A stretch of DNA of 35,688 nt from Bacteroidia bacterium (GCA_026391215.1 JAPLDX010000042.1:1-35688), one strand, 5' to 3'; counted from the first letter of the stretch, positions 26,181 through 35,688 are shown. Made by a program: numbers and translations. The notes: generated from the letters alone by a model not told the origin.

Positions 26181-26205
26181 CAAAGATAATTTATTTATAA
26201 CTTTG
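26181..26205. promoter_or_regulatory. Back-to-back divergent -7 boxes for the capA-like gene and kup
   Basis: Minus strand TATCTTTG (26188-26181) and plus strand TAACTTTG (26198-26205). Confidence 0.55.
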
Positions 26206-26247
26206 GAACCTTCTTTACAGTAAGTCCATAATATTTAAGGGAAAAAC

Positions 26248-28182
26248 ATGGAAAGGACGGATGTTAAGCGGCTTTCTGTTGCCGGAGCATTAATGACTCT
26301 CGGAATAGTATTTGGTGATCTTGGTACCAGTCCCCTCTATACTATGAGAGCAATCATCGCCGGGGGGGCGGGAAATTTCAATGAGCTCCTTATATACGGA
26401 AGCATCTCATGCATTTTCTGGACACTGACTATTTTATCCACAGTAAAATATGTGCTCATAGCATTAAGGGCTGATAATAATGGTGAAGGAGGAATTTTCG
26501 CGCTTATTGCGCTGTTAAAGATTAAATCACCATGGATTGCGGTTCTAGCCATGATAGGAGGCGCTGCCCTTATAGCAGACGGAGTGATTACACCTGCTAT
26601 AAGTGTGACATCTGCGGTTGAGGGATTAAAGTTCTGTAATCCTGATATTCCTGTAATTCCCATTGTACTTATAATTCTGTTGGCTCTATTTACTGTTCAG
26701 CAATTCGGGATTAAGATCATCGGTAGTTCCTTCGGACCTGTAATGGTCATCTGGCTATCAGTGCTTGCTGTACTTGGGATCTCACAGTTAGTTCAGTATC
26801 CCGGCATCCTTCGTGCTGTCAATCCTGTTTATGCATACCGTTTTCTTGCCGAATATCCGGAAGGTTTTATTTTACTGGGGGCAGTGTTCCTTTGTACTAC
26901 AGGAGCGGAAGCTCTCTATGCTGATCTTGGCCGCTGCGGCAGAACAAATATTCGTATTTCATGGGTGTTTGTCAAGATAGCTCTCCTTCTTAATTATTTC
27001 GGACAGGGAGCCTGGCTGATGATGAATATTGAGAAGACGACTTTTGTGAATCCATTTTTTGAGATGATGCCTGACTGGTTTCTGATACCTGGGATAATCC
27101 TTGCGATAGCAGCCGCGATAATTGCCAGCCAGGCAATTATAACAGGATCTTTTACACTTATAAGTGAAGCAATGTCGCTTAATTTCTGGCCGAGGATACG
27201 CGTGCTCCATCCTACATGGGTCAGAGGTCAGGTTTATCTGCCTTTTATTAACTGGCTTCTCTGGATTACGTGCAGCCTTACTGTTGTTTTCTTCAAGGAA
27301 TCATCAAATATGACTGCTGCATACGGCTTATCGATTAACATTGCCGAGATCATGACCACGCTACTTCTCTCGTACTACTTATTTAAGAAAGGGATGAACC
27401 ACAGGCTGGTCCTGGGACTATTCATGTTATTTATTATTGTGGAAGGCAGCTTCCTGATTGCCAATCTATATAAATTTAAGTCGGGAGGGTGGTTTACACT
27501 ATTAATGGCATCAATATATTTTCTGGTTATGTTTGGCTGGTATTTCGGAAGGAAAATAAAGAACCGGTATATTACTTTTGCGGATCTTGATAATTATCTG
27601 ACTATTTTCAAAGACGTGAGCAAGGATGAATCAGTTCCCAAATTTGCAACCAATCTTGTTTATATCATCCGTGCAAACAGGCATGATCAGGTCGAGTCAA
27701 AAGTGATCTATTCCATATTTCATAAACAGCCCAAAAGAGCTGACACTTACTGGTTTCTTCATATAGACAGGGTGAATGAACCAAACAGGTTCAATTATGA
27801 AGTCAAGCATATTATCCCGGGGGTACTTATAAGGATTGATTTTTATATAGGGTTTAAAATCTCGCCAAAGATGAACCTCTATTTCAAGGAGGTCCTTGAG
27901 GATCTTGTAAAATCTGGTGAAATAAAGATGGAAAGCGCCTACTCCTCTATGAGAAAACATGACATCGAAAGTGATTTTAAATTCATTCTGATAGACCGGA
28001 TAATGACGCGGGATTTTTCACTATCCACATGGGAGAATTTCATCCTGACCCTTCACAATATCGTTCGCAAAATTGCTGTCCTTGATATCAGGGCACTTAA
28101 TCTTGATCCTACCAATACAATTGTTGAACAGGTACCTATTATCATTGACAAACCTGTGGCGAAAAGAATTGAAAGGATTTAA
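26248..28182 (+). CDS. kup: KUP/HAK/KT family potassium transporter
   Basis: GIVFGDLGTSPLY, ADNNGEGGIFAL, DGVITPAISV.SAVEG, GAEALYADLG, GQVYLP and AAYG motifs. Confidence 0.95.
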   Translation: MERTDVKRLSVAGALMTLGIVFGDLGTSPLYTMRAIIAGGAGNFNELLIYGSISCIFWTLTILSTVKYVLIALRADNNGEGGIFALIALLKIKSPWIAVLAMIGGAALIADGVITPAISVTSAVEGLKFCNPDIPVIPIVLIILLALFTVQQFGIKIIGSSFGPVMVIWLSVLAVLGISQLVQYPGILRAVNPVYAYRFLAEYPEGFILLGAVFLCTTGAEALYADLGRCGRTNIRISWVFVKIALLLNYFGQGAWLMMNIEKTTFVNPFFEMMPDWFLIPGIILAIAAAIIASQAIITGSFTLISEAMSLNFWPRIRVLHPTWVRGQVYLPFINWLLWITCSLTVVFFKESSNMTAAYGLSINIAEIMTTLLLSYYLFKKGMNHRLVLGLFMLFIIVEGSFLIANLYKFKSGGWFTLLMASIYFLVMFGWYFGRKIKNRYITFADLDNYLTIFKDVSKDESVPKFATNLVYIIRANRHDQVESKVIYSIFHKQPKRADTYWFLHIDRVNEPNRFNYEVKHIIPGVLIRIDFYIGFKISPKMNLYFKEVLEDLVKSGEIKMESAYSSMRKHDIESDFKFILIDRIMTRDFSLSTWENFILTLHNIVRKIAVLDIRALNLDPTNTIVEQVPIIIDKPVAKRIERI

Positions 28183-29633
28183 TTTTTACTGCTGTCCGGT
28201 CTCTTCCTGAGGATATTATATGCACAGAGGTAACCGGCTAAGATAGCCCCTGAAAAACCTCCTCCTGTTCTTCCCCATGCTGATGCAAAGTGAAGATTAT
28301 CAAGCGATTTAAATGAATCAAAGACTTTTCTGGATGGCGTTTGTGCAAAACCGTAAACCGCTCCTTCAGGATTAAGGGTATAGCGCCTTACAGTAGATGA
28401 TGTACCAGTTTCAGAATACTCAATAATACCTTTAATGCCTGGGATTATTTTTTCAAGTCTGTCAATAAGGGCTGAAGCTGCCAGCTCTTTCCTGGCTTTA
28501 TATTCATTCATGCTCAGGTTTTCCCAGTCTTTCAGATAATCAACACAGCAAATTGCACCGACGCTTTTTCCTGCAGGAGCCAGGCCTGAGTCAATCTGAC
28601 CATAATCAATAAAAATAAAGCTGCGCTTCGAAAAATCATCATTATTATTTCTGATGATATCTCCCATTGTCATAATTGAACTATCAAAAACGGCAATGGA
28701 ATAATATTTATTTCCGAGCTCACGGGGAGGTTTACTGAATCCTAAATAGACGGTCAGTAAAGAAGCTCCGGTTTTCTGGCTGCTTATTTCTTTTTTCAGC
28801 TCATCGCCTGTTTCACGGGGAAGAAGTTCAGTAAGGTTCGGAACAGCATTATTAGCAATTATGTCATCGGCAAATGCTTCAGTTTCCTGTGAACCGGGAT
28901 CATTTTTCTTTTTAAAAGATACACCGGTAACTTTATGATCGCTTACCTTGACTCCTGTAACAATATGATTCAGAAAGACTTCTCCACCATGACTTTTTAT
29001 ATAGGCCGAGAGGTAATCGGATAATTTTTGCGAACCTCCCCTTATATAGCTTGCCCCATTTTTAAAATAACTGCCCTGGGCTATTGAGTAGTAGGCGAGG
29101 GAGAGAGAGCATGGATCATCATGGAAATAACCAAGATTGCCAAGAAGGATAAGCTTCAAGTCCTCGTTCTTAATTATTGAGTCAAGGAATTCTGACAGGT
29201 TGATATCCTGCCCTGCATTTTCAGGAGATCTCTTTGGAGGGTTAAGTATCTGATTGAAATATGCCCTGATACCCTCAGTTTCTGACGGGAATAATCCGGA
29301 CAATGATTCAATTGCGATCTCAGGTTCATGAGGTATTGTTACGCTGTACCGGTCATTGATGAACCTGTAAAATTCAGGGACCCTGATAAATTCGACATTT
29401 TTGAAAACATCCAGATCGTTGAAGATCTTTGTCTTCATGTCGCGGGGAGAAGGTCCGTCCATCTCATGTAATCCGACTTCAAGGGTGAAATCTCCGCGTT
29501 TAAAGGTAGTTGCGCAACCTCCCGGCTGATTATGCTGTTCAATAAGAAGAATTTTTTTCCCTTCTTTTGCAAGCTTGGCTCCAGCAGTCAGTCCGCCAAG
29601 ACCTCCTCCGATTATGATAATATCATATTTCAT
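28179..29633 (-). CDS. FAD-dependent oxidoreductase, phytoene desaturase / retinol saturase-like superfamily
   Basis: IIIGGGLGGL Rossmann fold, EQH..PGGCATTFKR, YIRGGSQKLSD, T..RYTLNPEGAVYG and GGGFSGA motifs. Confidence 0.85.
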   Translation of the reverse strand: MKYDIIIIGGGLGGLTAGAKLAKEGKKILLIEQHNQPGGCATTFKRGDFTLEVGLHEMDGPSPRDMKTKIFNDLDVFKNVEFIRVPEFYRFINDRYSVTIPHEPEIAIESLSGLFPSETEGIRAYFNQILNPPKRSPENAGQDINLSEFLDSIIKNEDLKLILLGNLGYFHDDPCSLSLAYYSIAQGSYFKNGASYIRGGSQKLSDYLSAYIKSHGGEVFLNHIVTGVKVSDHKVTGVSFKKKNDPGSQETEAFADDIIANNAVPNLTELLPRETGDELKKEISSQKTGASLLTVYLGFSKPPRELGNKYYSIAVFDSSIMTMGDIIRNNNDDFSKRSFIFIDYGQIDSGLAPAGKSVGAICCVDYLKDWENLSMNEYKARKELAASALIDRLEKIIPGIKGIIEYSETGTSSTVRRYTLNPEGAVYGFAQTPSRKVFDSFKSLDNLHFASAWGRTGGGFSGAILAGYLCAYNILRKRPDSSKN

Positions 29634-29654
29634 TATTAATACCTGGTGTAACTC

Positions 29655-30824
29655 CTAACTTTCCCCCGGAATTGGATATCTCTTGTATTCCTTAGTTCTA
29701 TCGAAGAGGTATCTGTATGTGATATAGTTTTTTACAGGTATACTACCGACAGAAATGAATATTCTTCTCATTTTGGGATTAAAATCTCCAACCCATGAGA
29801 ACTCAATCTCGGTATAATGTGGTTTCCTCTTAAAAACATCAACCAGATTGAGAATAAATGCTGATTCAATCCCCATCTTCTGGAATTTCGGAATAACACC
29901 CATTAGCATACCTCTTGCTCTGGTTATGACCTTCCTGCTTTTCAGCAGTACAAACTTCAATTTATTAATAAGATGCAGCTTTCCGTTGAGATGTTTAAGG
30001 ATCTGATTGAAATCGGGGAACATGAGATATATGGCAATTGGTTTCCCTTCAAAATATGCCAGCCAGATCATTTCTTCATCCAAAATAGGTTTAGCTTTAT
30101 GTAAAGTCTGCCTGATATAATCAGATTCCAGGGGCTCAAAATGTGTCTTGAAAGAGGCCCAGGCCTCATTGAAAACTACAGCAAAGTCCTTTGTAAATTT
30201 TTCCTGTTCCTCCCATGAGAAATGTCTGAATTCATAGCCGGGTTTATTAGCTACCCATTGTGCAATCTTCGTAAACCTTTCAGGCAGCGGCCTGGTTATA
30301 TCAAGATGAAAGCCTTCCATTTTATAATAGACCTGGAACCCATATGATTCGAACAAATTCTGGTAATAGGGATAGTTATATGCTATATCAAATGAAGGAT
30401 GAGTAAAACCATCCACCAGAAGGCCCCAGTATTTATCTGTTTCTCCGAAGTTTATGGGTCCGTCCATTGCTTCCATTCCTTTTTCCTTCAGCCATTCTTT
30501 AGCCGTATCGAACAGGAGGAATGCGGCATTTTTATCATCAATACATTCAAAAAATCCCATGCCTCCTGTCGGTTGATCGTATGTATTTGCAAGGTTAAAG
30601 TCAACGAAGGCAGCTATCCTGCCTATCAGCTTTTTATTATCATCAGTAAGAACCCATCTTTCTACAACGCCGTGTTTATGATAAGGATTTTTCTCCGGGT
30701 CAAAAACAGTTTTAATATCATTATCCAGTGGGCAAACCCATGTACTGTCATTTTTATAAATGATCCTGGCTGTGTCAAGAAACATTTCCTCCGTTTTCCG
30801 GTCGCTTACTTTAATTAAATTCAT
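29655..30824 (-). CDS. YghO-like tandem GNAT acyltransferase (family includes bacterial ceramide synthases)
   Basis: WVCPL, GRIAAF, GFFECIDD, L.EKGM..MDGPINF, GLLVDGF, YNYPYY, PDFNQ, LMGV.PKFQ..G and EFSWV...N..M motifs. Confidence 0.75.
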   Translation of the reverse strand: MNLIKVSDRKTEEMFLDTARIIYKNDSTWVCPLDNDIKTVFDPEKNPYHKHGVVERWVLTDDNKKLIGRIAAFVDFNLANTYDQPTGGMGFFECIDDKNAAFLLFDTAKEWLKEKGMEAMDGPINFGETDKYWGLLVDGFTHPSFDIAYNYPYYQNLFESYGFQVYYKMEGFHLDITRPLPERFTKIAQWVANKPGYEFRHFSWEEQEKFTKDFAVVFNEAWASFKTHFEPLESDYIRQTLHKAKPILDEEMIWLAYFEGKPIAIYLMFPDFNQILKHLNGKLHLINKLKFVLLKSRKVITRARGMLMGVIPKFQKMGIESAFILNLVDVFKRKPHYTEIEFSWVGDFNPKMRRIFISVGSIPVKNYITYRYLFDRTKEYKRYPIPGES

Positions 30825-30842
30825 AGGATAATGGTCTTTGAA

Positions 30843-32618
30843 TTATTTCATATAGATCTGCTCGATAATAGTTTTGTATTTCTCATTTATGAATTGCCGT
30901 CTCAGTTTTAATGTGGGTGACAACTCACCTGATGCAGGAGACCATTCATCTTGTACCAGCTTGAATCTGTTTATCTTCTCCGGAGGACTCACCTTCTTAT
31001 TGAGTTTATCAACCTCTGAAGAGAAAAATGATTGCACTTCAGGGTGATGAATGAGTTCTTCATTATTTGAGAATGAAATATTCTTTAAAGATTTCCAGTC
31101 GTCAAAGTACTTGAAATTAGGAGAGATAAGGGCACTGGCAAATTTTTCATGTTCACCCAGAACCATTATCTGGTCGATAACAGGTGACTCTTTGAATATG
31201 TTCTCAATTACCTGGGGTGCAATGAATTTCCCGTTTGAAAGCTTGAATATCTCTTTTTTTCTGTCAGTCACCATAAGGAACTTGTCATCTTCAAAATGTC
31301 CGATATCGCCTGTGTGGAACCAACCCTCACTGTCAAAAGCTGATTTTGTGAGTTCAGGATCTTTATAATAACCTGGTGTTACACACGGGCCTTTACAGAG
31401 AATCTCACCATCTTCGGCTATTTTTACCTCAACACCTTCGATTGTCATTCCAACAGATCCAAGCTTCGCCCTTCCTTTTTCAGTCCTGTTAATTGTGAGA
31501 ATTGGTGAAGTTTCAGTGAGACCATACATATTAATTATTTTGATGCCTGCCGCCCAGAATATTCTTTCGAGTCTTGACTGAAGGCTTGCACCTCCGCATC
31601 CGACAATTCTGACATTGCCGCCCAGTGCTTCACGCCACTTGCTGAAAACCAGCTTATCGGCAATTTTCAGCTTCCTTTCATAAAACCACCCGCCTTCTCC
31701 GAATGGCTTGTATTTCAAACCAAGATCAACGGCCCAGAAGAAAACTTTATGCTTAAAACCTGTAAGCTTGTTCCCTTTTGAAATTATGACGCTGTAGAAT
31801 TTTTCAAGTACTCTCGGGACTGCATCAAAGCCATCAGCCTTGATCTCTGTCAGGTTTACAGCTATTGTACCCATATTTTCAGCATAATAAATACTGGCCC
31901 CGCTGTACTGGGTCTGGTAGTTTCCCAGCCTTCCTCCTACGTGGCACAGGGGAAGGATGCTGAGATAGTTATCTTTAGGCTCCAGCTTGAAAACATCTGC
32001 CGCTGACAGGAAGTTGCTCACCATATTCCTGTGAGTCAACATTACTCCTTTAGCTTTGCCCGTTGTTCCTGATGTATAGATCAGTGAGGCAAATTCATCA
32101 GGACGGATAGAGCTTTTAATATCTTCAACGGTCTGTTTATGTTTTTCGCTGTTTGCTTTCCCGGCTTCAACTATCTCCTTCCAGTTTTTTACTCCTTCAA
32201 TTTCATCGAAGGAATATATCCGGAGGGACCCGCCTGAAGCCTCTATTGAAGGAAATACAGTCTTCAATAGTTTCCTGTCGGAGACAAAGATCAGGCTCGC
32301 TTCGCTGTGGTTGATAATGTATTGATAGTCAGAGGTGCTGAGGGATGTAAAAACAGGTACATGAATGACCCCTATCATTGCCATTCCCAGATCGACAAAG
32401 TTCCATTCAGGCCTGCTATTGGTTACAGTGATTATTTTATCCCCCTTCTTAAGTCCCAGTTCAAGAAGTCCGTAGCTGATATTATAACAATAATCGATAT
32501 AATCCCGCGAGCTGTATTTGACCCATACGCCATTCTGTTTGCCACAAAGTACATCCTCTTTGTTTTCAAATAGTCTGCTGTACCGGTCGAGCAAATCAAA
32601 AGTTCTTTCTACGCTCAT
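30843..32618 (-). CDS. Long-chain fatty-acid-CoA ligase (AMP-dependent synthetase)
   Basis: IYTSGTTGKAKGVMLTH, YGLTETSP, GWFHTGDIG, DRKKE.FK.SNGK and PTLKLRR motifs. Confidence 0.95.
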   Translation of the reverse strand: MSVERTFDLLDRYSRLFENKEDVLCGKQNGVWVKYSSRDYIDYCYNISYGLLELGLKKGDKIITVTNSRPEWNFVDLGMAMIGVIHVPVFTSLSTSDYQYIINHSEASLIFVSDRKLLKTVFPSIEASGGSLRIYSFDEIEGVKNWKEIVEAGKANSEKHKQTVEDIKSSIRPDEFASLIYTSGTTGKAKGVMLTHRNMVSNFLSAADVFKLEPKDNYLSILPLCHVGGRLGNYQTQYSGASIYYAENMGTIAVNLTEIKADGFDAVPRVLEKFYSVIISKGNKLTGFKHKVFFWAVDLGLKYKPFGEGGWFYERKLKIADKLVFSKWREALGGNVRIVGCGGASLQSRLERIFWAAGIKIINMYGLTETSPILTINRTEKGRAKLGSVGMTIEGVEVKIAEDGEILCKGPCVTPGYYKDPELTKSAFDSEGWFHTGDIGHFEDDKFLMVTDRKKEIFKLSNGKFIAPQVIENIFKESPVIDQIMVLGEHEKFASALISPNFKYFDDWKSLKNISFSNNEELIHHPEVQSFFSSEVDKLNKKVSPPEKINRFKLVQDEWSPASGELSPTLKLRRQFINEKYKTIIEQIYMK

Positions 32619-32797
32619 AAGTTTACTGTTTAAATTAGACTGAAAAGAAATATATGGCAGGTTATATGCCCTGAAAATAAATTCAAGCTAAATGTACTCA
32701 ACAAAAAAATAATTCTATTAAGTATAAAGACTTATAATAACCTTTCAGACATATCGGTTTTTGCTTTCACTGTAATTGCACAGGTGTATGGAAATAT

Positions 32798-32805
32798 TAA
32801 TTTTG
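32798..32805 (+). promoter_or_regulatory. Bacteroidota -7 box for cstA
   Basis: TAATTTTG about 35 nt upstream of the ATG. Confidence 0.45.
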
Positions 32806-32838
32806 TCGTATTAACATTACCGGAACAGAACATCATAT

Positions 32839-34659
32839 ATGAATGCAATGCCATTTGTGATAGGGACCATCGTCCTTTTCGCATTAGCCTACCGGTTTTA
32901 TTTCAGCTTTGTTGCTGCAAAGGTCGCCGTCACCAATGATCTGGCTCAGACACCAGCTTACAGGTTGTATGATGGGCAAAATTATTATCCAATAAGCAAA
33001 TGGGTGCTGTTCGGGCACCATTTTGCTGCTATAGCAGGAGCCGGTCCTCTTGTGGGACCCGTTCTGGCTGCCCAGTTTGGATTTATGCCCGGATTTTTAT
33101 GGATGCTGATCGGAGCTGTGATGGCCGGGGCTGTTCATGATTTAGTGATCCTTACAGCATCGGTCCAGCACGACGGAAAATCACTTGCAGAAATTGCCAA
33201 AGCCGAGATAAATAAAGTAAGCGGTATTACAACCACATTCGCTATACTGCTGATAATAGTTATCGCGCTGGCAGGGTTGGGCCTTGTTGTAGTCAATGCA
33301 CTTGCAGAGAGTTCATGGGGAACATTCACTATCGCATCAACTATCCCTATTGCAATAATAATGGGTATTTGGATGTTTAAAATTCGTAAGGGCAAAACTT
33401 TAGAAGCCACTATATTTGGTGTTATCATGCTCATCCTTGTTGTGGTGGTTGGCCGTTATGTCCCCGGATCCCAGTTTGCTTCATGGTTCACCTTCGACCA
33501 TAAAACTCTTACAATCATTATAGCGATATATGGATTCCTTGCATCAGTTCTCCCGGTGTGGTTTCTTCTTTCGCCCCGCGATTACCTGAGCTCAATAATG
33601 AAAATATCGGTTATTGCACTGCTTGCTATTGGCCTGATCATTGTCGCCCCGGAAATAAAAATGCCAGCATTCACTGAATTTGGAAAAGGCGGAGGACCGA
33701 TCATTCCGGGGAAGTTATTCCCATACCTGTTCATAACAATAGCCTGCGGAGCTATATCAGGCTTTCATTCACTTGTAAGCTCAGGGACAACCCCCAAGAT
33801 GATAATGAAGGAGTCTCATATTAAGCCTATCGCAGTGGGGGCGATGCTCACTGAGGGTGCAATAAGCATAATGGCTCTGATAGCTGCTACCAGTCTTCTT
33901 CCGCTCGATTATTTCCAGATAAATGTGCCTGTCGATAAATTACAGGCAATACTCCCAAGACTGCATGAGATGGGATTTACAGAATCAAACATTGATGTGC
34001 TTTCCGCAAGCGTGGGCGAAAAGATTGTCGGGCGCACCGGAGGCGCAGTATCACTGGGTGTTGGTATGGCTTATATCTTCTCTTCGATCCCGGGTATGAA
34101 GCACCTGATGTCGTACTGGTACCATTTTGCCATAATGTTCGAGGCTTTATTCATTCTTACAACTATTGATGCCGGAACCAGGATAGGAAGGTTTTTGCTG
34201 CAGGAGGCAATGGGAAAAGTTTATAAACCTTTCCGCAGAACCGACTGGCTTCCCGGTAACCTGATAGCAAGCGGGCTGATTGTGTTTGCCTGGGCGTATT
34301 TTATTTATACAGGTACCGTGGCGACAATATGGCCGATGTTTGGTGCTGCCAATCAATTGCTGGCCACAATCGCTTTGGCGATCGGTACGTCATTTATCAT
34401 AAACCGGGGCAGGGCTAAATATGCATGGGTTACAATATTACCGATGATATTTGTGGGTGTGACAACCATGGTGGCCGCTATCCTGAACATAAAGAATATA
34501 TATATTCCGCAAATAAGTGAATCGGCTACTATGGTTCCAGGAATTATAAACCTTGTGCTCACAGTCAGCATTATTGTTTCAGTCATTATAATATTTGTAA
34601 ATGCTGTTCCAGGCTGGGTGAAGAGCCTCTCCCCAAACCCCTCTCCCGGGGGGAGATAG
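32839..34659 (+). CDS. cstA: Carbon starvation protein A family transporter (CstA/BtsT)
   Basis: [52 protein letters not shown] and WPMFG.ANQLLA motifs. Confidence 0.95.
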   Translation: MNAMPFVIGTIVLFALAYRFYFSFVAAKVAVTNDLAQTPAYRLYDGQNYYPISKWVLFGHHFAAIAGAGPLVGPVLAAQFGFMPGFLWMLIGAVMAGAVHDLVILTASVQHDGKSLAEIAKAEINKVSGITTTFAILLIIVIALAGLGLVVVNALAESSWGTFTIASTIPIAIIMGIWMFKIRKGKTLEATIFGVIMLILVVVVGRYVPGSQFASWFTFDHKTLTIIIAIYGFLASVLPVWFLLSPRDYLSSIMKISVIALLAIGLIIVAPEIKMPAFTEFGKGGGPIIPGKLFPYLFITIACGAISGFHSLVSSGTTPKMIMKESHIKPIAVGAMLTEGAISIMALIAATSLLPLDYFQINVPVDKLQAILPRLHEMGFTESNIDVLSASVGEKIVGRTGGAVSLGVGMAYIFSSIPGMKHLMSYWYHFAIMFEALFILTTIDAGTRIGRFLLQEAMGKVYKPFRRTDWLPGNLIASGLIVFAWAYFIYTGTVATIWPMFGAANQLLATIALAIGTSFIINRGRAKYAWVTILPMIFVGVTTMVAAILNIKNIYIPQISESATMVPGIINLVLTVSIIVSVIIIFVNAVPGWVKSLSPNPSPGGR

Positions 34660-34702
34660 TCAAGAAGCCTCTCCCCAAACCCCTCACCCAGGAGGGAGGG
34701 GC
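34624..34702 (+). repeat. Left flank: two tandem C/G-rich palindromic units
   Basis: Identical 20-mer AGCCTCTCCCCAAACCCCTC at 34624 and 34666 (period 42). Each runs into a hairpin (TCTCCC-GGG-GGGAGA; CCCCTCACC-CAGGA-GGGAGGGG). Confidence 0.85.
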
Positions 34703-34729
34703 TTAAAATGAACAATAACTTAATGATTA

Positions 34730-35161
34730 ATGGCATATTTGGGTAAATCGGTTGAAAGAGACATGTACTTCGGTGCAAAACCTGAACTTTTCAGATTAGC
34801 TGAAACAATGAGAAAAAATTCGACAGAAGCCGAAAATATCCTCTGGAAAAGCCTTAAGAAATTCCGTATTAAAGGATATATTTTCAGGAGACAACATCCT
34901 ATTGACATTTTTATTGCCGATTTTTACTGTCATAAAATTAAGCTGGTTATCGAGGTTGATGGTGAAGTTCATGACAATATTCAAGCTCAGGAATATGATG
35001 ATGGTCGCTCTGGAGAAATTGAAAGATATGGAATTAAAGTAATTAGATTTAAGAATGAAGAAATAATTAATAATCAAGAACTTATTATACAGAAAATTCG
35101 ATCAATAATAACAGAAATATCATCCCCCTCTCTCTTGGGAGAGGGGGACAGGAAGGGGTGA
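34730..35161 (+). CDS. DUF559 family (Vsr-like, restriction endonuclease-like fold) protein
   Basis: MRKNSTEAE..LW..L, FRRQHPI..FIADFYC, LVIEVDGEVH, YDDGR and G.KVIRF.N signature. Confidence 0.92.
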   Translation: MAYLGKSVERDMYFGAKPELFRLAETMRKNSTEAENILWKSLKKFRIKGYIFRRQHPIDIFIADFYCHKIKLVIEVDGEVHDNIQAQEYDDGRSGEIERYGIKVIRFKNEEIINNQELIIQKIRSIITEISSPSLLGEGDRKG

Positions 35162-35197
35162 GGCCGGAGACCAGAGAGGGGGACAGCGAGGGGTAAG
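35123..35197 (-). repeat. Right flank: two tandem units, inverted relative to the left flank
   Basis: Perfect stem TCCCCCTCTC-TCTTGG-GAGAGGGGGA (35123-35148). GAGAGGGGGACAGGAAGGGGTGAG (35139) vs GAGAGGGGGACAGCGAGGGGTAAG (35174) is 21/24 identical. Confidence 0.85.
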
Positions 35198-35278
35198 ATC
35201 GAAAACCCATTAGATCGAAAAACAATCTTAAATTGAAAGAAAATGTTGGAACATAACATATAGTTAATCAACGAAAAC

Positions 35279-35688
35279 ATGAAAAAGTCTCTGATAGTTT
35301 GTATAGTCCTGATTTTATTTTCAGGCATGATTTGGGCACAGAATACAGGATGGAAGATAACCGGTGATAAGATCAGAACAACCTGGGCAGATAAGATTGA
35401 TCCGCTTAATCCGTTACCCGAATATCCGCGTCCCCAGATGGTCCGGAGTGAATGGAAAAACCTGAACGGATTATGGGATTATGCAATAACACCTCCATCT
35501 GACAAAATCCCTGCAACATTCCAGGGAAAAATACTTGTCCCGTTTGCAGTGGAATCGGCACTATCTGGAGTAAATAAAACAGTCGGACCAGACAATGTAT
35601 TATGGTACAGAACAAAATTCACCCTGCCATCAACATTCAGGAAGAAAACAATCCTGTTGCATTTTGGTGCAGTTGACTGGTTATCAGA
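35279..35688 (+). CDS. Glycoside hydrolase family 2 protein, N-terminal sugar-binding domain (partial; runs off the window end)
   Basis: Not in the ORF track; translated by hand as [26 protein letters not shown]...[24 protein letters not shown]...[14 protein letters not shown]...LWYR...LLHFGAVDW. Confidence 0.9.
   Translation, partial: MKKSLIVCIVLILFSGMIWAQNTGWKITGDKIRTTWADKIDPLNPLPEYPRPQMVRSEWKNLNGLWDYAITPPSDKIPATFQGKILVPFAVESALSGVNKTVGPDNVLWYRTKFTLPSTFRKKTILLHFGAVDWLS

Larger units (their letters stand above)
34624..35197. mobile_element. Candidate REP-flanked DUF559 nuclease cassette
   Basis: A nuclease gene bracketed by related repeats in inverted orientation, between housekeeping genes. 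Mobility is inferred, not shown. Confidence 0.5.

Noticed and set aside
34624-34702. Possible mini-CRISPR (20-bp direct repeat, 42-bp period)
   Set aside because: Only two low-complexity copies; the 'spacer' is part of the hairpin; no cas genes or leader.

Overview
Ordinary chromosomal (core-genome) window from a Bacteroidota bacterium, most likely Bacteroidales. This rests on gene content and order (parA-parB-DUF5683-mltD; DUF4290-murA; grpE-dnaJ-ABC-sigma54 regulator; DUF4492-cydAB) and on TAnnTTTG -7 promoter boxes. About 30 CDS can be supported. I saw no rRNA, tRNA, CRISPR array, prophage or transposase. The most unusual signals are: (1) a single 978-aa polypeptide fusing an SGNH acyltransferase domain, an MBOAT and a C-terminal FxYxxF tyrosine acyl-shuttle motif, directly behind a LysM lytic transglycosylase; (2) a DUF559 (Vsr-like) nuclease gene bracketed by inverted pairs of C/G-rich palindromic repeats, with a related solo repeat about 17 kb away, which may be a REP-associated mobile cassette; (3) the same TGTCA-N3-TGTCA-N12-(sigma54 -24/-12-like) architecture upstream of both heat-shock units (hsp20 and grpE-dnaJ); (4) an acyl-CoA ligase / YghO-bCerS-like GNAT / FAD oxidoreductase lipid operon; (5) two broken genes, an AI-2E transporter with a frameshift and probable deletion, and DUF4290 with an in-frame amber; (6) several small intergenic hairpin and 7-8-bp tandem repeat families. 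All product calls come from motif recognition by eye; no database searches were run.
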